Source: Octopus vulgaris
Lineage: Eukaryota
Length of the DNA: 64,000 nucleotides
Assembly: GCA_951406725.2 (NCBI GenBank)
Contig: OX597838.1
Span: 21,700,001 to 21,764,000, forward strand
Direction: 5' to 3'
Shown here: one piece after another, positions 1 through 13,640 of the stretch
How the letters are laid out: every line of letters starts with the position of its first letter
Position numbering within the stretch: the first letter of the stretch is position 1
The notes under the pieces: generated by a model
Seen by the model: the letters and a program-made list of their open reading frames with translations, nothing else
What the model was told of the DNA's origin: nothing
The model's database searches: none
Program-made: the position numbers and the translations under genes

Positions 1-82
1 AGATATACATGAATACATACACTACACACTTTACATACATACACGCACATACATACCTACATAAGTACAAACTTACATGCAT

Positions 83-135
<53 letters not shown>

Positions 136-718
136 ATATATATATATATACACATATACATACATAAATGCATATATACACTCACATACATAAACACATA
201 CACAAATACATACATATATGAATACATGCATACATACATACACTCACATTCATACATACATAATACACCCACATGCACACATACACATACATACATGCAT
301 TCATATATACATACACCCCTATACATATAAACATATATATACATACACACATGCATACATACATACACCCACATGCATACATACACATACATCCATACAT
401 AAATAGATACACACAGCCCTATAAATACATACATGCATACATACATACTTATCTAAAAATAATTAGTGCGCTTGGTTTTGTGAATAAATGCGTTAAGTGA
501 CAATTTGGTAAACCTGGTGTTACAATCTGTAAGCGGAACAGTTAACATATGGAAGACTTTTCTAAAATTCAATACTATACGCAGAAAGCTTTATCCTCAT
601 AGCAAAACAGATACATTAGACAAAGAGGATTAGTAGAATACCATCTGCGTTCCAAGTTCACAGCTGGGGCTGGAGTTAGGGATCCGTAGTAGGAAAAAAG
701 ACATGCATATACATACAT

Positions 719-763
<45 letters not shown>

Positions 764-815
764 CATACATACATACATACATACATACATACATACATAC
801 ATAATATATATATAT

Positions 816-1260
816 ATCTCTTATTATAAAAGGCAATTTTATCTGCCTCCCTTTGGGAGTTATACAAATCTACAATATAGGATTTCTTCAATTACAATTT
901 ACCTAGCATTTTTAACAGTACAATGCATCGCGTCATGCCAGGTCCAGTTTTTAAAATTTAAACTCCAATTAAGCAAAATTTACAGAAAACTCACATTTTG
1001 GTGTGTGTGTCAAATGCTTTTCTTAGTCTGGTTTACACCACACGCAAACGCACACACACAGTGGGCAACGAATAAAATGAAAGTAAATAGCGACAGAGTG
1101 ATTTGAGGAAGACTAAACTGAAAGTATTCTGTCTATGACGCTGATAGATACATGAGTAAAATGTATGGGAAGCTAAGAGCTAAGAGTGAGTGAAAATGTT
1201 CTTGGAAGAGAGTAAATAGCGAGAGAGAGAGTGATTTGACGAAGACTTTACATTAAATAA
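816..1260 (+). mobile_element. Possible Helitron-like 5' part or unclassified repeat
   Basis: Begins TCTCTTATTATAAAAG after (TA)n; internal duplicated AGTAAATAGCGA..AGAGTGATTTGA (~1082, ~1211); no 3' CTAG hairpin seen. Confidence 0.3.
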
Positions 1261-1326
1261 CCGTAGTGGCTTGTGTTAGTAATAAAGTAAACATACACTC
1301 ATACATACATACATACATACATACAT

Positions 1327-1359
<33 letters not shown>

Positions 1360-1639
1360 TACATACACACACACATACATACATACACACATACATACAT
1401 ACATACATATACATACATACATATACAATCATACATACACACACACACATACACACACACACAGTATTGAAGCTTGAGAACAATCAGATACATTTGCAAC
1501 ACATCTGTTGAAAATATTATTGTTCACACACATACATATACATATATACATACAGACAGACAGACAGATAGACACACACACACACACATGATCCAGCATG
1601 GCCACAACCTCAAGGCTGAAACATATAAAAGAATAACAG

Positions 1640-2007
1640 AATATAAATGTGTGCAAAGTACAAGAAATATTAATGCAGTATATGGGGATTGGACAATAAG
1701 CGTAAGGCAGTGTCAATGGTGGTTCCAGAAATCCCGAGCCATAAACTACAGCCTAGAAGACGAGCCTCATCCTGAAAGATCTGTAGAACTCGACAAGGAC
1801 ATCCTGAAAACCCTGGTGGAACAAAATATCATCGTAACTGTTGAGGAACTAGCAGAGAAGCTTGGATTTGGTCATTCAACCATTCATTGACACCTGTGTG
1901 CTATCGGAAAAGTCAGCAAATTGGGTCAATGGGTTCCTCACGAACTTTCCGAGTCTAATTGCATGCAGAGAGTGAATGTATGCTTTTCTTTGCTGTCACA
2001 TCTCACC
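1640..2007 (+). pseudogene. Mariner transposase fragment (N-terminal HTH to WVPHEL linker)
   Basis: Translates ...TRNINAVYGDWTISVRQCQWWFQK...LEDEPHPERS...TVEELAEKLGFGHSTIH*HLCAIGKVSKLGQWVPHELS; WVPHEL is the mariner hallmark; in-frame stop at 1888-1890. Confidence 0.9.
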
Positions 2008-2025
2008 ACTACTGCGCTATGTATA

Positions 2026-2660
2026 TCTATATATATAAAACTGTAGTTGTGTGAGTGTCTGTCCCCTTCGATTTAGATTCCTAACTACTCCCACATTTTG
2101 CGGTGCAGTTTAACCAAATTCGGGTAGCTTATAGTCGTGATTCATATCGAGCCCGTCTGAATATTAGCGCGCGTCTACGATGAGTCTACGATTTTAAAAA
2201 TAATTTAACATCATTTTTTATTCCATTTTAATGCATAATTTTTCGTGTGTCGATGGCGGCGGAGTTGGCGTCCACGCTCACACCTGCACCTGTGGGGAAG
2301 GGAGTGTAAGGAAATCAACGTCGTAATGCGTTGTCAAGGAGACCAGTGTTCTTTTAGAACAACGACTTCATGGCTTGAAGACACCAAAACAGAAATGGCT
2401 AAGAAAGCGTCTACATGAGTCTACGATTTAAAAAAAAATTTACCATCGTTTTTTTTCCATTTCAATGCATTTTTTCGCTATTATATAAGGGAAGTAACTC
2501 TCTAAAAATGTCTACGATGAGTCAACGATTTTAAAAAATTTACCATCATATTTTTTCTATTTTTAATGCATTTTTTGCTATTTTTTGGCTATAACTCTCT
2601 AAAAATGCTTATATAGTTATTTCCCTTACAAACCCGAGCAACGCCGGGCGATACTGCTAG
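2026..2660 (+). mobile_element. Complete non-autonomous Helitron
   Basis: 5' TCTATATATATAAAA; 3' hairpin CCCGagcaacgcCGGG (2633-2648) then CTAG (2657-2660); inserted between A and T with no TSD; three internal ATGAGTCTACGATTTTAAAAA-type subrepeats (~2180, 2415, 2517). Confidence 0.85.
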
Positions 2661-2683
2661 TACATATATATATATATATATAT

Positions 2684-2853
2684 AGGCGTAGGAGTAGCTG
2701 TGTGGTAAGTAGCTTGCTTACCAGCCACATGGTTCCGAGTTCAGTCCCACTGCGTGGCCCCCTGGGCAAGTGCCTTCTACTATAGCCTCGGGTCGACCAA
2801 AGCTTTGTGAGTGGATTTGGTAGACGGAAACTGGAAGAAGCCCGTCGTATATA

Positions 2854-2912
<59 letters not shown>

Positions 2913-3097
2913 GTGTGTGTGTGAGTGTGTCTGTGTTTGTCCCCACAGCATCGCTTGACAACCGATGCTGGTGTGTTTACGTCCCTGTAACTTAGCGGTT
3001 CGGCAAAAAGTACAAGGCTTACAAAGAGTAAGTCCTGGGGTCGATTTGCTCGACTAAAGGCCACAGTAAAAAAACTGAAACAAGTAAAAAGAGTAAA
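2684..3097 (+). mobile_element. tRNA-derived SINE family A with internal (TA)n/(TG)n microsatellite
   Basis: A-box-like (T)GGCTGTGTGGTAAG, B-box-like GGTTCAGTCCC, CORE-like CTTGGGCAAGTG, tail AAAAGAGTAAA; many copies in window. Confidence 0.85.
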
Positions 3098-3126
3098 GTG
3101 TGTGTGTGTGTGTGTGTGTGTGTATT

Positions 3127-3420
3127 ATCACGTGATCACGTGACCGACCAGACCATTAGATGTTGTTACACATCGCTGGTCACAATGCGTTCGCATTGTT
3201 TTAGCCTTCGAATGACGCCACCCCGCTGGCTAAGCGAGCAGGCCAACAGAAGAAAGAGTGGTGAAAGAGTACAGCAGGGATCACCACCCCCTGCCGGAGC
3301 CTCGTGGAGCTTTTAGGTGTTTTCGCTCAATAAACACACACAACGCCCGGTCTGGGAATCGAAACCGCGAATTTGCGACTGCGAGTCCGCTGCCCTAACC
3401 ACTAGGCCATTGCGCCTCCA
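3127..3420 (-). mobile_element. tRNA-derived SINE family B (tail type 2)
   Basis: Reverse complement begins GGAGGCGCAATGGCCTAGTGGTTAGGGCAGCGGACTCGC...GGTTTCGATTCCC (A and B boxes). Confidence 0.85.
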
Positions 3421-3449
3421 CGTGTGTATTATACATATACCTTTTCTTC

Positions 3450-3727
3450 GGTCTATGTGTCATAGGTCACAAAGCTTGTAAGACAATATCTGGCCTTAAA
3501 AGACGTATGCAAGTTCACAGAAACATTCCTTCAGAATCGGGTTCCAAAGGGCAAAGACGTAGCAGAACCTTGAATAATATCTGTCATTTGTGTCTTAAAC
3601 CCTGTCAGTCAGAAGCTGGTCTTAAAAGTCATCTAAGGGCTCATCAACGGAGTGATTGTGCTGTGTGATGGGGTGTGGTGTGTGTTGACGAGACGGCTGT
3701 CATCTGTCAAGATGAAGTAATCATCAT
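3450..3727 (+). mobile_element. 5'-truncated RTE-like LINE 3' end with C2H2-type motifs
   Basis: CKTISGLKRRMQVH...ICHLCLKPCQSEAGLKSHLRAH, short 3' UTR, then (TACA)n. Confidence 0.55.
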
Positions 3728-3769
3728 ATGTACATACATACATTACACACCCCTCCCCCCCACACACAA

Positions 3770-3810
<41 letters not shown>

Positions 3811-3989
3811 CATATATACATACATACGGTGTGGCTTTGCGGTAAGAGGTTTGCTTTCCAACCGCATGGTTCCGGGTTCAGTAGCACCTTGGGCAAGTAT
3901 CTACTACTATCGCCTCGGGCCAAGCCTTGTAAGTGGACTTGGTAGGCAGTAACTGAAAGAAGCTCGTCGTATGTGTGTGTATATATATT

Positions 3990-4033
<44 letters not shown>

Positions 4034-4069
4034 CAATATATATATATATACATATATGTATACATACAT

Positions 4070-4105
<36 letters not shown>

Positions 4106-4284
4106 GAATAGATATATGTATACATATATATAGACATATATATAAACATATATATATACACATACATATCTATCTTTCTATATCCACTTATCTATATGTA
4201 TATACGTATAACTATAGACACCCATATATCTACATATATGAATATATCTACATATATGAATATATATATATATATATATATATA

Positions 4285-4610
4285 AGATCCTGTGCAATTT
4301 ATCATGTGGTGTTGATGGGGCAGTAAAGCCTCATTGAGAAAAGAAAACCCCGTGAGCAGATCCCTGTTGACTTGTGGGTTTTCTTTTAATGGACCATATC
4401 CAGAAGCCCCTCTGATATAAAAGCCAGACGTTGAAACAATTTCCGGTCACCTCGTTCCTGGTTGTCATTGCATCTTTAGCGATGGCTACTTACAAACAGT
4501 GGCTTATGTTGTGTTAGTAGAAGTGTACGTCGCCGTTATCGACAGATGCAAACATCTTTCTTCAGCAGACGACCGGTATCGTCTGGAAAGATAAAGCAAC
4601 CATCATGCAT
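4285..4610 (+). mobile_element. Unclassified short element with RTE-like 3' end and (TGTA)n tail
   Basis: Unique ~325 bp between (TA)n and (TGTA)n; ends ...AAGCAACCATCAT like 3700-3727; internal hairpin AAAAGAAAACCC...GGGTTTTCTTTT. Confidence 0.35.
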
Positions 4611-4802
4611 TATGTATGTATGTATGTATGTATGTATGTATGTATGTATGTATGTATGTATGTATGTATGTATGTATGTATGTGTATATATTTATGCAGT
4701 TAGATGGATTCACGCAAATATTCTCATACATATATTCATTATATATATACATATATATATATATGTATGTCCGTGTGTGGTGTGTATGTGTACCTATGTA
4801 TG

Positions 4803-4842
<40 letters not shown>

Positions 4843-5473
4843 TACATAACCAGTCCTTAAGTACATATATATATTTATACTCAGTATATATATATGTATG
4901 TATACATATAAATACATATATATATGTACGCATATATCTATCTTTATCTATCTATCAATCTCCCTAACTATATATATGTACACACACACACGCATACACA
5001 CACACACACACATTCCATCATACATATCTATACAGACAAATGAATATGCAGAAATAATCTCGCATACACATTCACATACATACATACACACATACATACA
5101 TACATACATACACACATGCATACATACATACATACATACATACATACATACATACATGCATACATACATACATATATGCATGCATACATGCATATATTCA
5201 TTCACCCCTACTTTCTGCTCTGTAAGTCAATACCTTTCTAAGAATAGCCAGCTTGTTCATCATATTTAGGGTTCTTGCGTGTTCGGGGATTTTGTTAGGG
5301 TTCCCTTACCCCCGCCACTTACCTTCCCTGTGTTCAGTGATTTCCACAAATCTTTCTTGTGTCTCTCACTTTCCCTTGTTCCCTCCTCGCCATTTCTACC
5401 TTACCCTTTTCTACTCCTCTCTCTCTCTTTTAATCTATCCTCTTCTCCCCCTCCCCGTCTCTCTCTCTCTCTC

Positions 5474-5549
<76 letters not shown>

Positions 5550-5727
5550 TCCCCACCCACTAAGAACCAATACTTTTGAAAGATTATCTGAACGTCTTAT
5601 TTGGAGATTTGTGAATTTGTGGTTGAGAGGAAGGAAATAATAAAATATTTGATGTAATTCTCGCTTCCTTGACTCTATCTGTCTCTTTCTTTGATTTATG
5701 CTTTCTTTCTTTCCTTCTTTCTTTCTC

Positions 5728-5771
<44 letters not shown>

Positions 5772-5959
5772 TCACTCTATCTCTCCCTTTTCAATCCCCA
5801 AACGTTTTCTTCTCAGTTCAAATCCCGCTGTGGTCGATTTTTCCATTACATCGTTCTGAGATCTTTGAAATAAAGAACCAAATCAAGAACTGCATGAACT
5901 TGACTGAATATTCCTAAAACACACCCAAGATGTGAAAGCAATTACAGTAGAAGACAAAG

Positions 5960-6346
5960 GTGGAGGCGCAATGGCCCAGTGGTTAGGGCAGCGGACTCGC
6001 GGTCATAGGATCGCGGTTTCGATTCCCAGACCGGGCATTGTGAGTGTTTATTGAGCGAAAACACCTAAAAGCTCCACGAGGCTCCGGCAGGGGATGGTGG
6101 TGATCCCTGTTGTACTCTTTCACCACAACTTTCTCTCACTCTTACTTCCTGTTTCTGTTGTACCTGTATTTGAAAGGGCCGGCCTTGTCACTCTCTGTGT
6201 CACGCTGAATATCCCCGAGAACTACGTTAAGAGTGCACGAGTCTGTGGAGTGCTCAGCCACTTACACGTTAATTTCACGAGCAGGCTGCTCCGTTGATTC
6301 GGATCAACCGGAACCCTCATCGTCGTAACCGACGAAGTGCTTCTCC
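5960..6346 (+). mobile_element. SINE family B (tail type 1) with 12-bp TSD
   Basis: tRNA-like head GGAGGCGCAATGGCCCAGTGGTTAGG...GGTTTCGATTCCC; TSD TAGAAGACAAAG at 5948-5959 and 6347-6358. Confidence 0.9.
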
Positions 6347-6549
6347 TAGAAGACAAAGACTGCCTTTTGCCTTTTACCATTTCGGTTCCAATGAAATAAA
6401 GTAGCATAAAAGGAATTCGACCTCGGTAGAATTTGAAATCAGAACCTAAAGAATCGGAAAAAATATAGAAAAACCGCAAGGTATCTTGTGCGATGCACTA
6501 ACGATTCTACCAAGCAATAGCTCTTTTATTATAATAATGACTTCAAATT

Positions 6550-6860
6550 TGGGGTAGAACTTAAAAAAGTGGATGAGAGCTTGACCGAAGTCGAAAGTGT
6601 CTTGCTTCAATCTTTCCAGCTTCGACCACCACTCAAACTGTTTTATCATGGCCACTAGACAGAAAAAATACCGCCTGTCCTGCCTTGGGAGATCCTCATA
6701 ATAGGTTCTGCCGATAGTCGGTTTGCTCCCTCGTGCGATAACCGCTGTTCGACATAACTCTACGAATCAGCAATGACCGGACACTGCACGAGGGCATGCG
6801 GAACGGTTCCGTCGCTCTGAGCGCATCTCGGTCAGTTTCGCCTGACGACGCTTAGGCACC
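6550..6860 (-). pseudogene. Tx1/L1-type LINE ORF2 C-terminal fragment
   Basis: Frameshifted RCAQSDGTVPHALVQCP (CCHC knuckle remnant) followed by FFCLVAMIKQFEWWSKLERLK...GQALIHFFKF. Confidence 0.55.
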
Positions 6861-7217
6861 GGTTCAGAAATTTAGGGCCAAGGAGAAATCGCTTTAATTA
6901 CCGTTCCCTCCGTCCCCCCCAGCTGTAATTGATTGATGCTTTATTTATCGATCCTAGAAGAATGAAGGTTTTAGTTGGGTCTCTGCGGGATTTGAACTCA
7001 GAATGAAAAAATAAAAAAGAAGGAAAGTTCACAAACGAAGAAAAGACAGGTCTGCGAATCTCCCATTACCAACTGTCGAGGAATATTGCAAAAAGTAATT
7101 TTCCTTAAATGGTGAGTAAAATTGTATGAAAAAAATACAAAAAAAAAAAGAAAAAGAAGCACGAAGAAACAGCTTGTCTTAATTAATAAAAACCATTATT
7201 CCCAGCAGCAACAGCAA

Positions 7218-7457
7218 GCATCATCATCGTCGCCGTTGACGTCACCCCCCCATCATCATCATCATCATCATCATTATCATCATCGCTATCATCATCATCA
7301 TCGTCGTCGTCGTCGTCGTCGTCATCATCATCGTCATCGTCGTCGTCGTCGTCGTCGTCATCATCATCATCATCATCATCGTCGTCGTCATCATCATCAT
7401 CATCGTCGTCGTCACCATCATCATCGTCATCATCATCATCATCATCATCATCATCAA

Positions 7458-7491
<34 letters not shown>

Positions 7492-8081
7492 GTCATTATC
7501 ATTATCATTATCTTCATCGTCGTCATCATCATCATCATCATCGTCGTCGTCGTCGTCGTCGTCGTCATCATCATCATCATCATCTTCATCATCTTCATCG
7601 TCATCATCATCATCATCATCGTCGTCGTCGTCGTCATCATCATCATTATCATTATTATTATCGACATCATCATATTCACCGTTGTCATAACCATCATTAT
7701 CGTCATCGTTATCATCATCATAATTACCATCATTACCATCATCCCAACGACGCCGTAGACGTCGTCATCACCACCGTCATCATCGTCATCGTCGTTATCA
7801 CCATCACCGTCATCACCCCCACTACCACCAACATTACCACCACAACCATCATCATCATCATCGTCATCATTACGGTAGTCGTCATCTTCATCATCATCAT
7901 CATCATCATCATCATTATCGTCGTCATCATCATCGTCATCATCATCATCGTCATCATCATCATCATCATCGTCATCATCATCGTCGTCGTCGTCATCATC
8001 ATCATCATCGTCGTCATCATCACCATCATCATCATCGTCATCGGCATCATTATCATCATCATCGTCATCGTCGTTGTCATC

Positions 8082-8114
<33 letters not shown>

Positions 8115-8300
8115 GTCGTCGTCATCATCATCATCGTCATCGTCGTCGTCATCATCGTCATCGTCATCATCGTCATTATCGTCGCCGTCATCGTCATTAT
8201 CGTTGTCGTCATCGTCATCACCGTCTTCACCATCGTCATCATCGCCATCATCATTACTGTAGTCGTCGTCATCATCATCGTCATCATCGTCGTCGCCGTC
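7218..8300. repeat. ~1.1-kb compound (CAT)n/(CGT)n triplet microsatellite
   Basis: Directly visible; produces poly-His/Arg/Ile pseudo-ORFs. Confidence 0.95.
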
Positions 8301-8987
8301 CTCCCCCTCCCCATACCAGCGTTCTTCATTATCCTAATTATAATTATTATTAATCTCAGCATCATCAATATTATCCTTATTATGTTTATATTTACATTCA
8401 TGATTATTTGTAAATCATAATTTTCTCTCTTTAATTAAAGTTGACCAATTTCAAGGAATTTCTTTTAATTAAATTATCTCAATGCCTGTGAGTCAGGGAC
8501 CCCCCACCCCGACACTCACCGTAACGTACACCACCACCGCCACCACCACCACCACCACCACCACCACCACCACCACCACCACCACCACCACTACCACCAC
8601 CACTACCACCACTACCAACACCACTACCACCACTACCACCACCACCACTACCACCACCACCACCACCACCACCACCACCACCACCATTGCCGCGGCCGCC
8701 GCCACTCTTCTCTCTTAAAGGAACATGCATCTCGTCATCAATTTCTAGACACTAATTCATTACCCACCACCACCACTATCACACACCGCTCTCCCTGTTA
8801 ATCCAGCCTAACCCCACATCAACTCCCTTAATTCTCTTACGTTCATCGCACCCTTACACACACACGCACGCACGAATGGACACACACACACACATACACA
8901 CACACACACACAAGTGCGCATTACCTTACCGTCACCCCTCGCTGTCATTTTCTTTCTCAGTCATCTAATCGTTTGTTTATCTGTCTC

Positions 8988-9026
<39 letters not shown>

Positions 9027-9147
9027 ATATATATATACGCTTTTACATCTCTCTCTCTCTCTCTCTATCTATATGTCTGCCTGCCTGTCTGTCTGTCTGT
9101 CTGTCTATCTGTCAATTATTTACCTACCTGCCACTCTGTCAATCTCG

Positions 9148-9179
<32 letters not shown>

Positions 9180-9186
<7 letters not shown>

Positions 9187-9202
9187 CTATCATCTATCTC
9201 TC

Positions 9203-9258
<56 letters not shown>

Positions 9259-9303
9259 CTCATCTATCTATCTATCTATCTATCTATCTCTCTATCTATC
9301 TAT

Positions 9304-9337
<34 letters not shown>

Positions 9338-9373
9338 ATCTATCTCTCATCTATCTATCTATCTATCTATCTC

Positions 9374-9411
<38 letters not shown>

Positions 9412-9422
9412 ATCCATCTCTC

Positions 9423-9473
<51 letters not shown>

Positions 9474-9483
9474 AGTCTATCTA

Positions 9484-9568
<85 letters not shown>

Positions 9569-9575
9569 TTATCTG
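9180..9575. repeat. (TCTA)n tetranucleotide tract
   Basis: Directly visible. Confidence 0.95.
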
Positions 9576-9789
9576 TCTGTCTCTCTGCTTCCCCCCTCTT
9601 TCTCACTCTCACTCTCACACTCTCTCTCTCCCTCTCTCTCTCTACCAATCTCTCAGTCTACCTGTTACCTTGTAACTCTCCTTTTATCTCTCCATCTTTT
9701 CTATTACTCATCCCCTGGAGGAGAAACATATGTGTGACAGGTACCATTCGTTCCGTGGTATCTTAGCATTGTTATTTTTTCTTCTCCTT

Positions 9790-10232
9790 TCAGGTGAAGC
9801 CATGGAGCTGTGAACGATAGAGCGTCGGATGTTCGCCTTCGACAGTTACGCGCCAGACAAGCTTCGATACGAAATCCGAATCGCTCTGCTTGGAGGCATC
9901 CTACTGAACTTGGCATCGGTAATCGAACGGTAAGGCGTAATTTGCATGAAGAGCTGCATTTCCACCCGCTCAAATTGGTCATTGAGCAACAGTTGAAACT
10001 CTGGGACTATGCACAGAGCAATGCTGGAGAGAGCGAAGGCCAACTTCCAAGAACGTCTTCAGAAATGCATCAATGAAAACGGACATCACATGAGGAACGT
10101 TAGTTCACACACTTAATTATAACAAATGCAAATTCAATACGAACACATTGATGTCAATAAAATTTATTGGCAGCTAAAATTAATGGTTTGTGAATTTTTC
10201 ACAAACGTCCGTCCTCTGTGCCCCACCATATA
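9790..10232 (+). pseudogene. Internally deleted Tc1/mariner-superfamily transposase
   Basis: NPNRSAWRHPTELGIGNRTVRRNLHEELHFHPLKLVIEQQL (second HTH, FHPYK-like) joined to C-terminal NFQERLQKCINENGHH; ends GTGCCCCACCATATA (TIR-like plus TA). Confidence 0.7.
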
Positions 10233-10272
10233 TATATGTCTGCGGTTCTTAGTCTTTCAGCATTCAAATTAT

Positions 10273-10486
10273 GTATTTCTTTATTGCCCATAAGGGGCTA
10301 AACATAGAGGGGACAAATAAAAATAGACAAAGGTATTAAGTCGATTATATCGACCCCAGTGCCTAACTGGTACTTAATTTATCGATCCCGATAGGATGAA
10401 AGGCAAAGTCGACCTCGGCGGAATTTGAACTCAGAACGTAACGGCATTTCGCCCGGCGTGCTAACGTTTCTGCCAGCTCGCCGCCC
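10273..10486 (-). mobile_element. SINE family C with 16-bp TSD
   Basis: Reverse complement GGCGGCGAGCTGGCAGAAACGTTAGCACG...GAGTTCAAATTCC...GTCGACTTTGCCTTTCATCC; TSD TCAGCATTCA(A/G)ATTAT at 10257-10272 and 10487-10502. Confidence 0.85.
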
Positions 10487-10979
10487 TCAGCATTCAGATT
10501 ATTCTATCGTATGTAATCCTTATTTATCCACATTGTTTTGAATTAGTTCTGCATTATCTTGTAACGACGTGATTGTTTAATTTTGGAATGACTTTGTAAG
10601 ATCGGTGTAAGAGGCCGCATCCGGCCAGTTTGAAAATAAAACAGGGAGATTATTTTGGCCGTACGTGGTCAGTTTAAACGTTAAGTATGTAAAACTAATG
10701 TGAAGCAAAGATAAACTCATTTGGGATAATGGATGCACTGGTCGTAAGTGCCTCAGAGCGGACGCGATCACGCATAAATCCCATGTTCTTAAAACGGATT
10801 ATACTGCCAGGTGCTTAGTGATATATGAGAGCAAATATATCAATTAATAGTTTCTAATAGTTTTCGTTAGATATGATTATAGAGAACCTGCTTTTCATTA
10901 TTTGTGATGATTGAACCCAAGAACGGTCCAGCAGCAAGTCTACTCTTCACTGACGAGCAGAAGGTAACTCTTTGATGAT

Positions 10980-11990
10980 TAAGCAATGGCAAGAAAAAGC
11001 TCTCAATGAGAGCTAATTATGCTGATGTTGACAAAGCACTACCCATCGATGGCTAGTGTCTTCTGGCTTAAAATCAGAGACAGAAGGGTTTGTCATAGTA
11101 GCCCAAGATCAGTGCCTACCTATAAGAAGCTACCAGACCAACATCTTAAAGTAGTCCAACATGTCATGTATGTAAACAACAAAATGCAATCATTGATCAT
11201 GTTGTTTCCATGTGCAACCTTCTTGTACCTACAGAGTATTTCAACAGGCATGATAGACCAGCACAATATATTCATTAGGTAATTTGCAAAGACTTGGACC
11301 TGCCCCATGATGAAAACTGGTAGGAACACAAACCACCTCCAGTGCTTGAAAATGATCACGTCTCACTCCTCTGGAACTTCACCATTCAAACTGACAGAAA
11401 GATAGATGCGAATAGGCCAGACATCATATTGAAAGACTTCAGACAAAAATCATGCCTCCTCATTGATATAACTGTCCCAATCGATGTAAACGTATCTGTC
11501 AAGGCCTACCAAAACCTAAGCAAGTATAAAGATCTTGAACTAGAAATTGGCAAAATGTGGAACCTGAAGACTTAAACAATACCTGTTGTCATAGGTGCCC
11601 AAGGAATGATAGCAAAAGGGGCTGATTGCTACCTTGCTCAGATACAAGGAAATCCAAAAATATAATAAATTTGAAAAATAGTGCTCTTGGGAACTGCGCA
11701 TATCCTACAAAAACTATTGTCTATGTAATCCCCAAAACATTTTGATCTGTAAACATCGTGAAAAATACTTTTAAACGTACATAACAGCAAACACCTTTTA
11801 CTATCATCTTAACATCACACTATCATCTTATAATCAAATTACTTTTAGAATAAACTTCTCATTTTCTTGTGTTTTGACAGACATTCTCTAGAACAATACT
11901 CTGTGCAAAACCCAAAATATGGCACCCTAGTCATAACACCAGCTTCAACTTCTAACTTATCTCTTGAGGTTTCTGGATCAAAAGCCAAAC

Positions 11991-11992
<2 letters not shown>
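10980..11992 (+). pseudogene. R4/Dong-type non-LTR retrotransposon 3' part (CCHC plus REL endonuclease and 3' UTR)
   Basis: GLKSETEGFVIVAQDQ, CHVCKQQNAIIDHVVSMC, RHD, LLWNFTIQTDRKIDANRPDII...LIDITVP...KYKDL...IPVVIGA; followed directly by (TAA)n. Confidence 0.85.
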
Positions 11993-12057
<65 letters not shown>

Positions 12058-12103
12058 CCTTTCTAATTTTGGCGCAAGGGGTTATTATTATTGTGGTTGT
12101 TAC

Positions 12104-12143
<40 letters not shown>

Positions 12144-13002
12144 TATTATTATTATTATTATTATTAAGGCAGCGAGCTGGCAGAATCGTTAGCTAGGCAA
12201 AATGCTTAGTTGCATTTGGTCTGTTTTTATATTTTGAATTCCTTGAAATTTTGGACGATGGGGTCTAGTCGATTTCACTGGTACTTAATTTATCGACTCC
12301 GAAAAGATGAAACGCAGAGTCGACTTCGGCGAAATTTGAACTCAGAACGACGTAAAGACAGACGAAATGCCGCTAAGCATTTTTCCCCCGGCGTGCTAAC
12401 GATACTGCCAGCTCTCCGCCTTTTCCCAACCTAATATTATCTCATTTGCAAATTGCTATACAACTGGAACGATACGCAACTCCTCCGATAATAGATTTTT
12501 ATCAGATTACCTATAGAGATTGATATGGATGTGAGTTCTGTAAAAACAGTATAGAGCTAAAGCACATCGTGAGAATTAATAAATGTCTCCATTGTCGTAT
12601 TGGTAAATGATAGGATTGGAATGATGGACCGCCACCTTTGTAAAAACATTTACCTATGAGAAAACACATAGGTATGTCCCAAGAAATAATACAGGGGGTC
12701 TGCAAAAAGTTTCAACATTCTTAACGCCTCTGCTTACTTTGAGCACCTCCAAATATTTTCCCCTTCAAAATACACGGAATACTTGATTTCTATCTCAAAG
12801 TAGTTTGAATAAATAACGAAGAAAGTAAAAAACAAAAGACAAAAAAAACAAACTAACAAACAAAAGAAAAAAATGAATTAATCATAATGGTTTCTGATGA
12901 AGGTAGAAAACCAGCGGTTTTGAGGGGAAGGACTAGTCGTTTACATCAACCCCCTCCCCCACTACTATCATCATCTACATCTCATCCCCCGGAAATATGG
13001 TA

Positions 13003-13640
13003 TTTGTTCCCCAGAGCCGTACCGTCAAGAATTCGTTCCCCAGGGCCATACCGTCAAGAATTCGTTCCTCAGGACCATACCGACAAGAATTCGTTCCCCA
13101 GGGCCATGCCGTCAAGAATTCGTTCCCCAGGGCCATACCGTCAAGAATTCGTTCCTCAGGGCCATACCGACAAGAATTCGTTCCCCAGGGCCATACCGTC
13201 AAGAATTCGTTCCTCAGGGCCATACCGACAAGAATTCGTTCCCCAGGGCCATACCGACAAGAATTCGTTCCCCAGGGCCATACCGTCAAGAATTCGTTCC
13301 TCAAGGCCATACCGTCAAGAATTCGTTCCCCAGGGCCATACCGACAAGAATTCGTTCCCCAGGGCCATACCGTCAAGAATTCGTTCCTCAGGGCCATACC
13401 GTCAAGAATTCCTTTCCCAAGGCCATACCGACAAGAATTTGTTCCTCAGGGCCATACCGACAAGAATTCGTTCCCCAGGGCCATACCGACAAGAATTCGT
13501 TCCCCAGGGCCATACCGACAAGAATTCGTTCCCCAGGGCCATACCGTCAAGAATTCGTTCCCCAGGGCCATACCGACAAGAATTCGTTCCCCAGGGCCAT
13601 ACCGTCAAGAATTCGTTCCCCAGGGCCACACCGTTAAGCA
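13003..13640 (+). repeat. 29-bp minisatellite, ~22 copies (GAATTCGTTCCCCAGGGCCATACCGTCAA)
   Basis: GAATTC recurs at 13029, 13058, 13087, 13116 and onward; no spacers. Confidence 0.97.

Noticed and set aside
5962-6035. tRNA gene
   Set aside because: It is the tRNA-like head of a TSD-flanked SINE continuing into a SINE body; same for other copies
7122-8420. 432-aa His/Ile-rich ORF
   Set aside because: Translation of (CAT/CGT)n microsatellite
12890-12915. CTGATGA...GAAA hammerhead
   Set aside because: No stem II or cleavage triplet; part of a degenerate SINE tail
13003-13640. CRISPR-like 29-bp repeats and 218-258-aa ORFs
   Set aside because: Units are contiguous with no spacers; ORFs arise because the mariner-derived unit is stop-free
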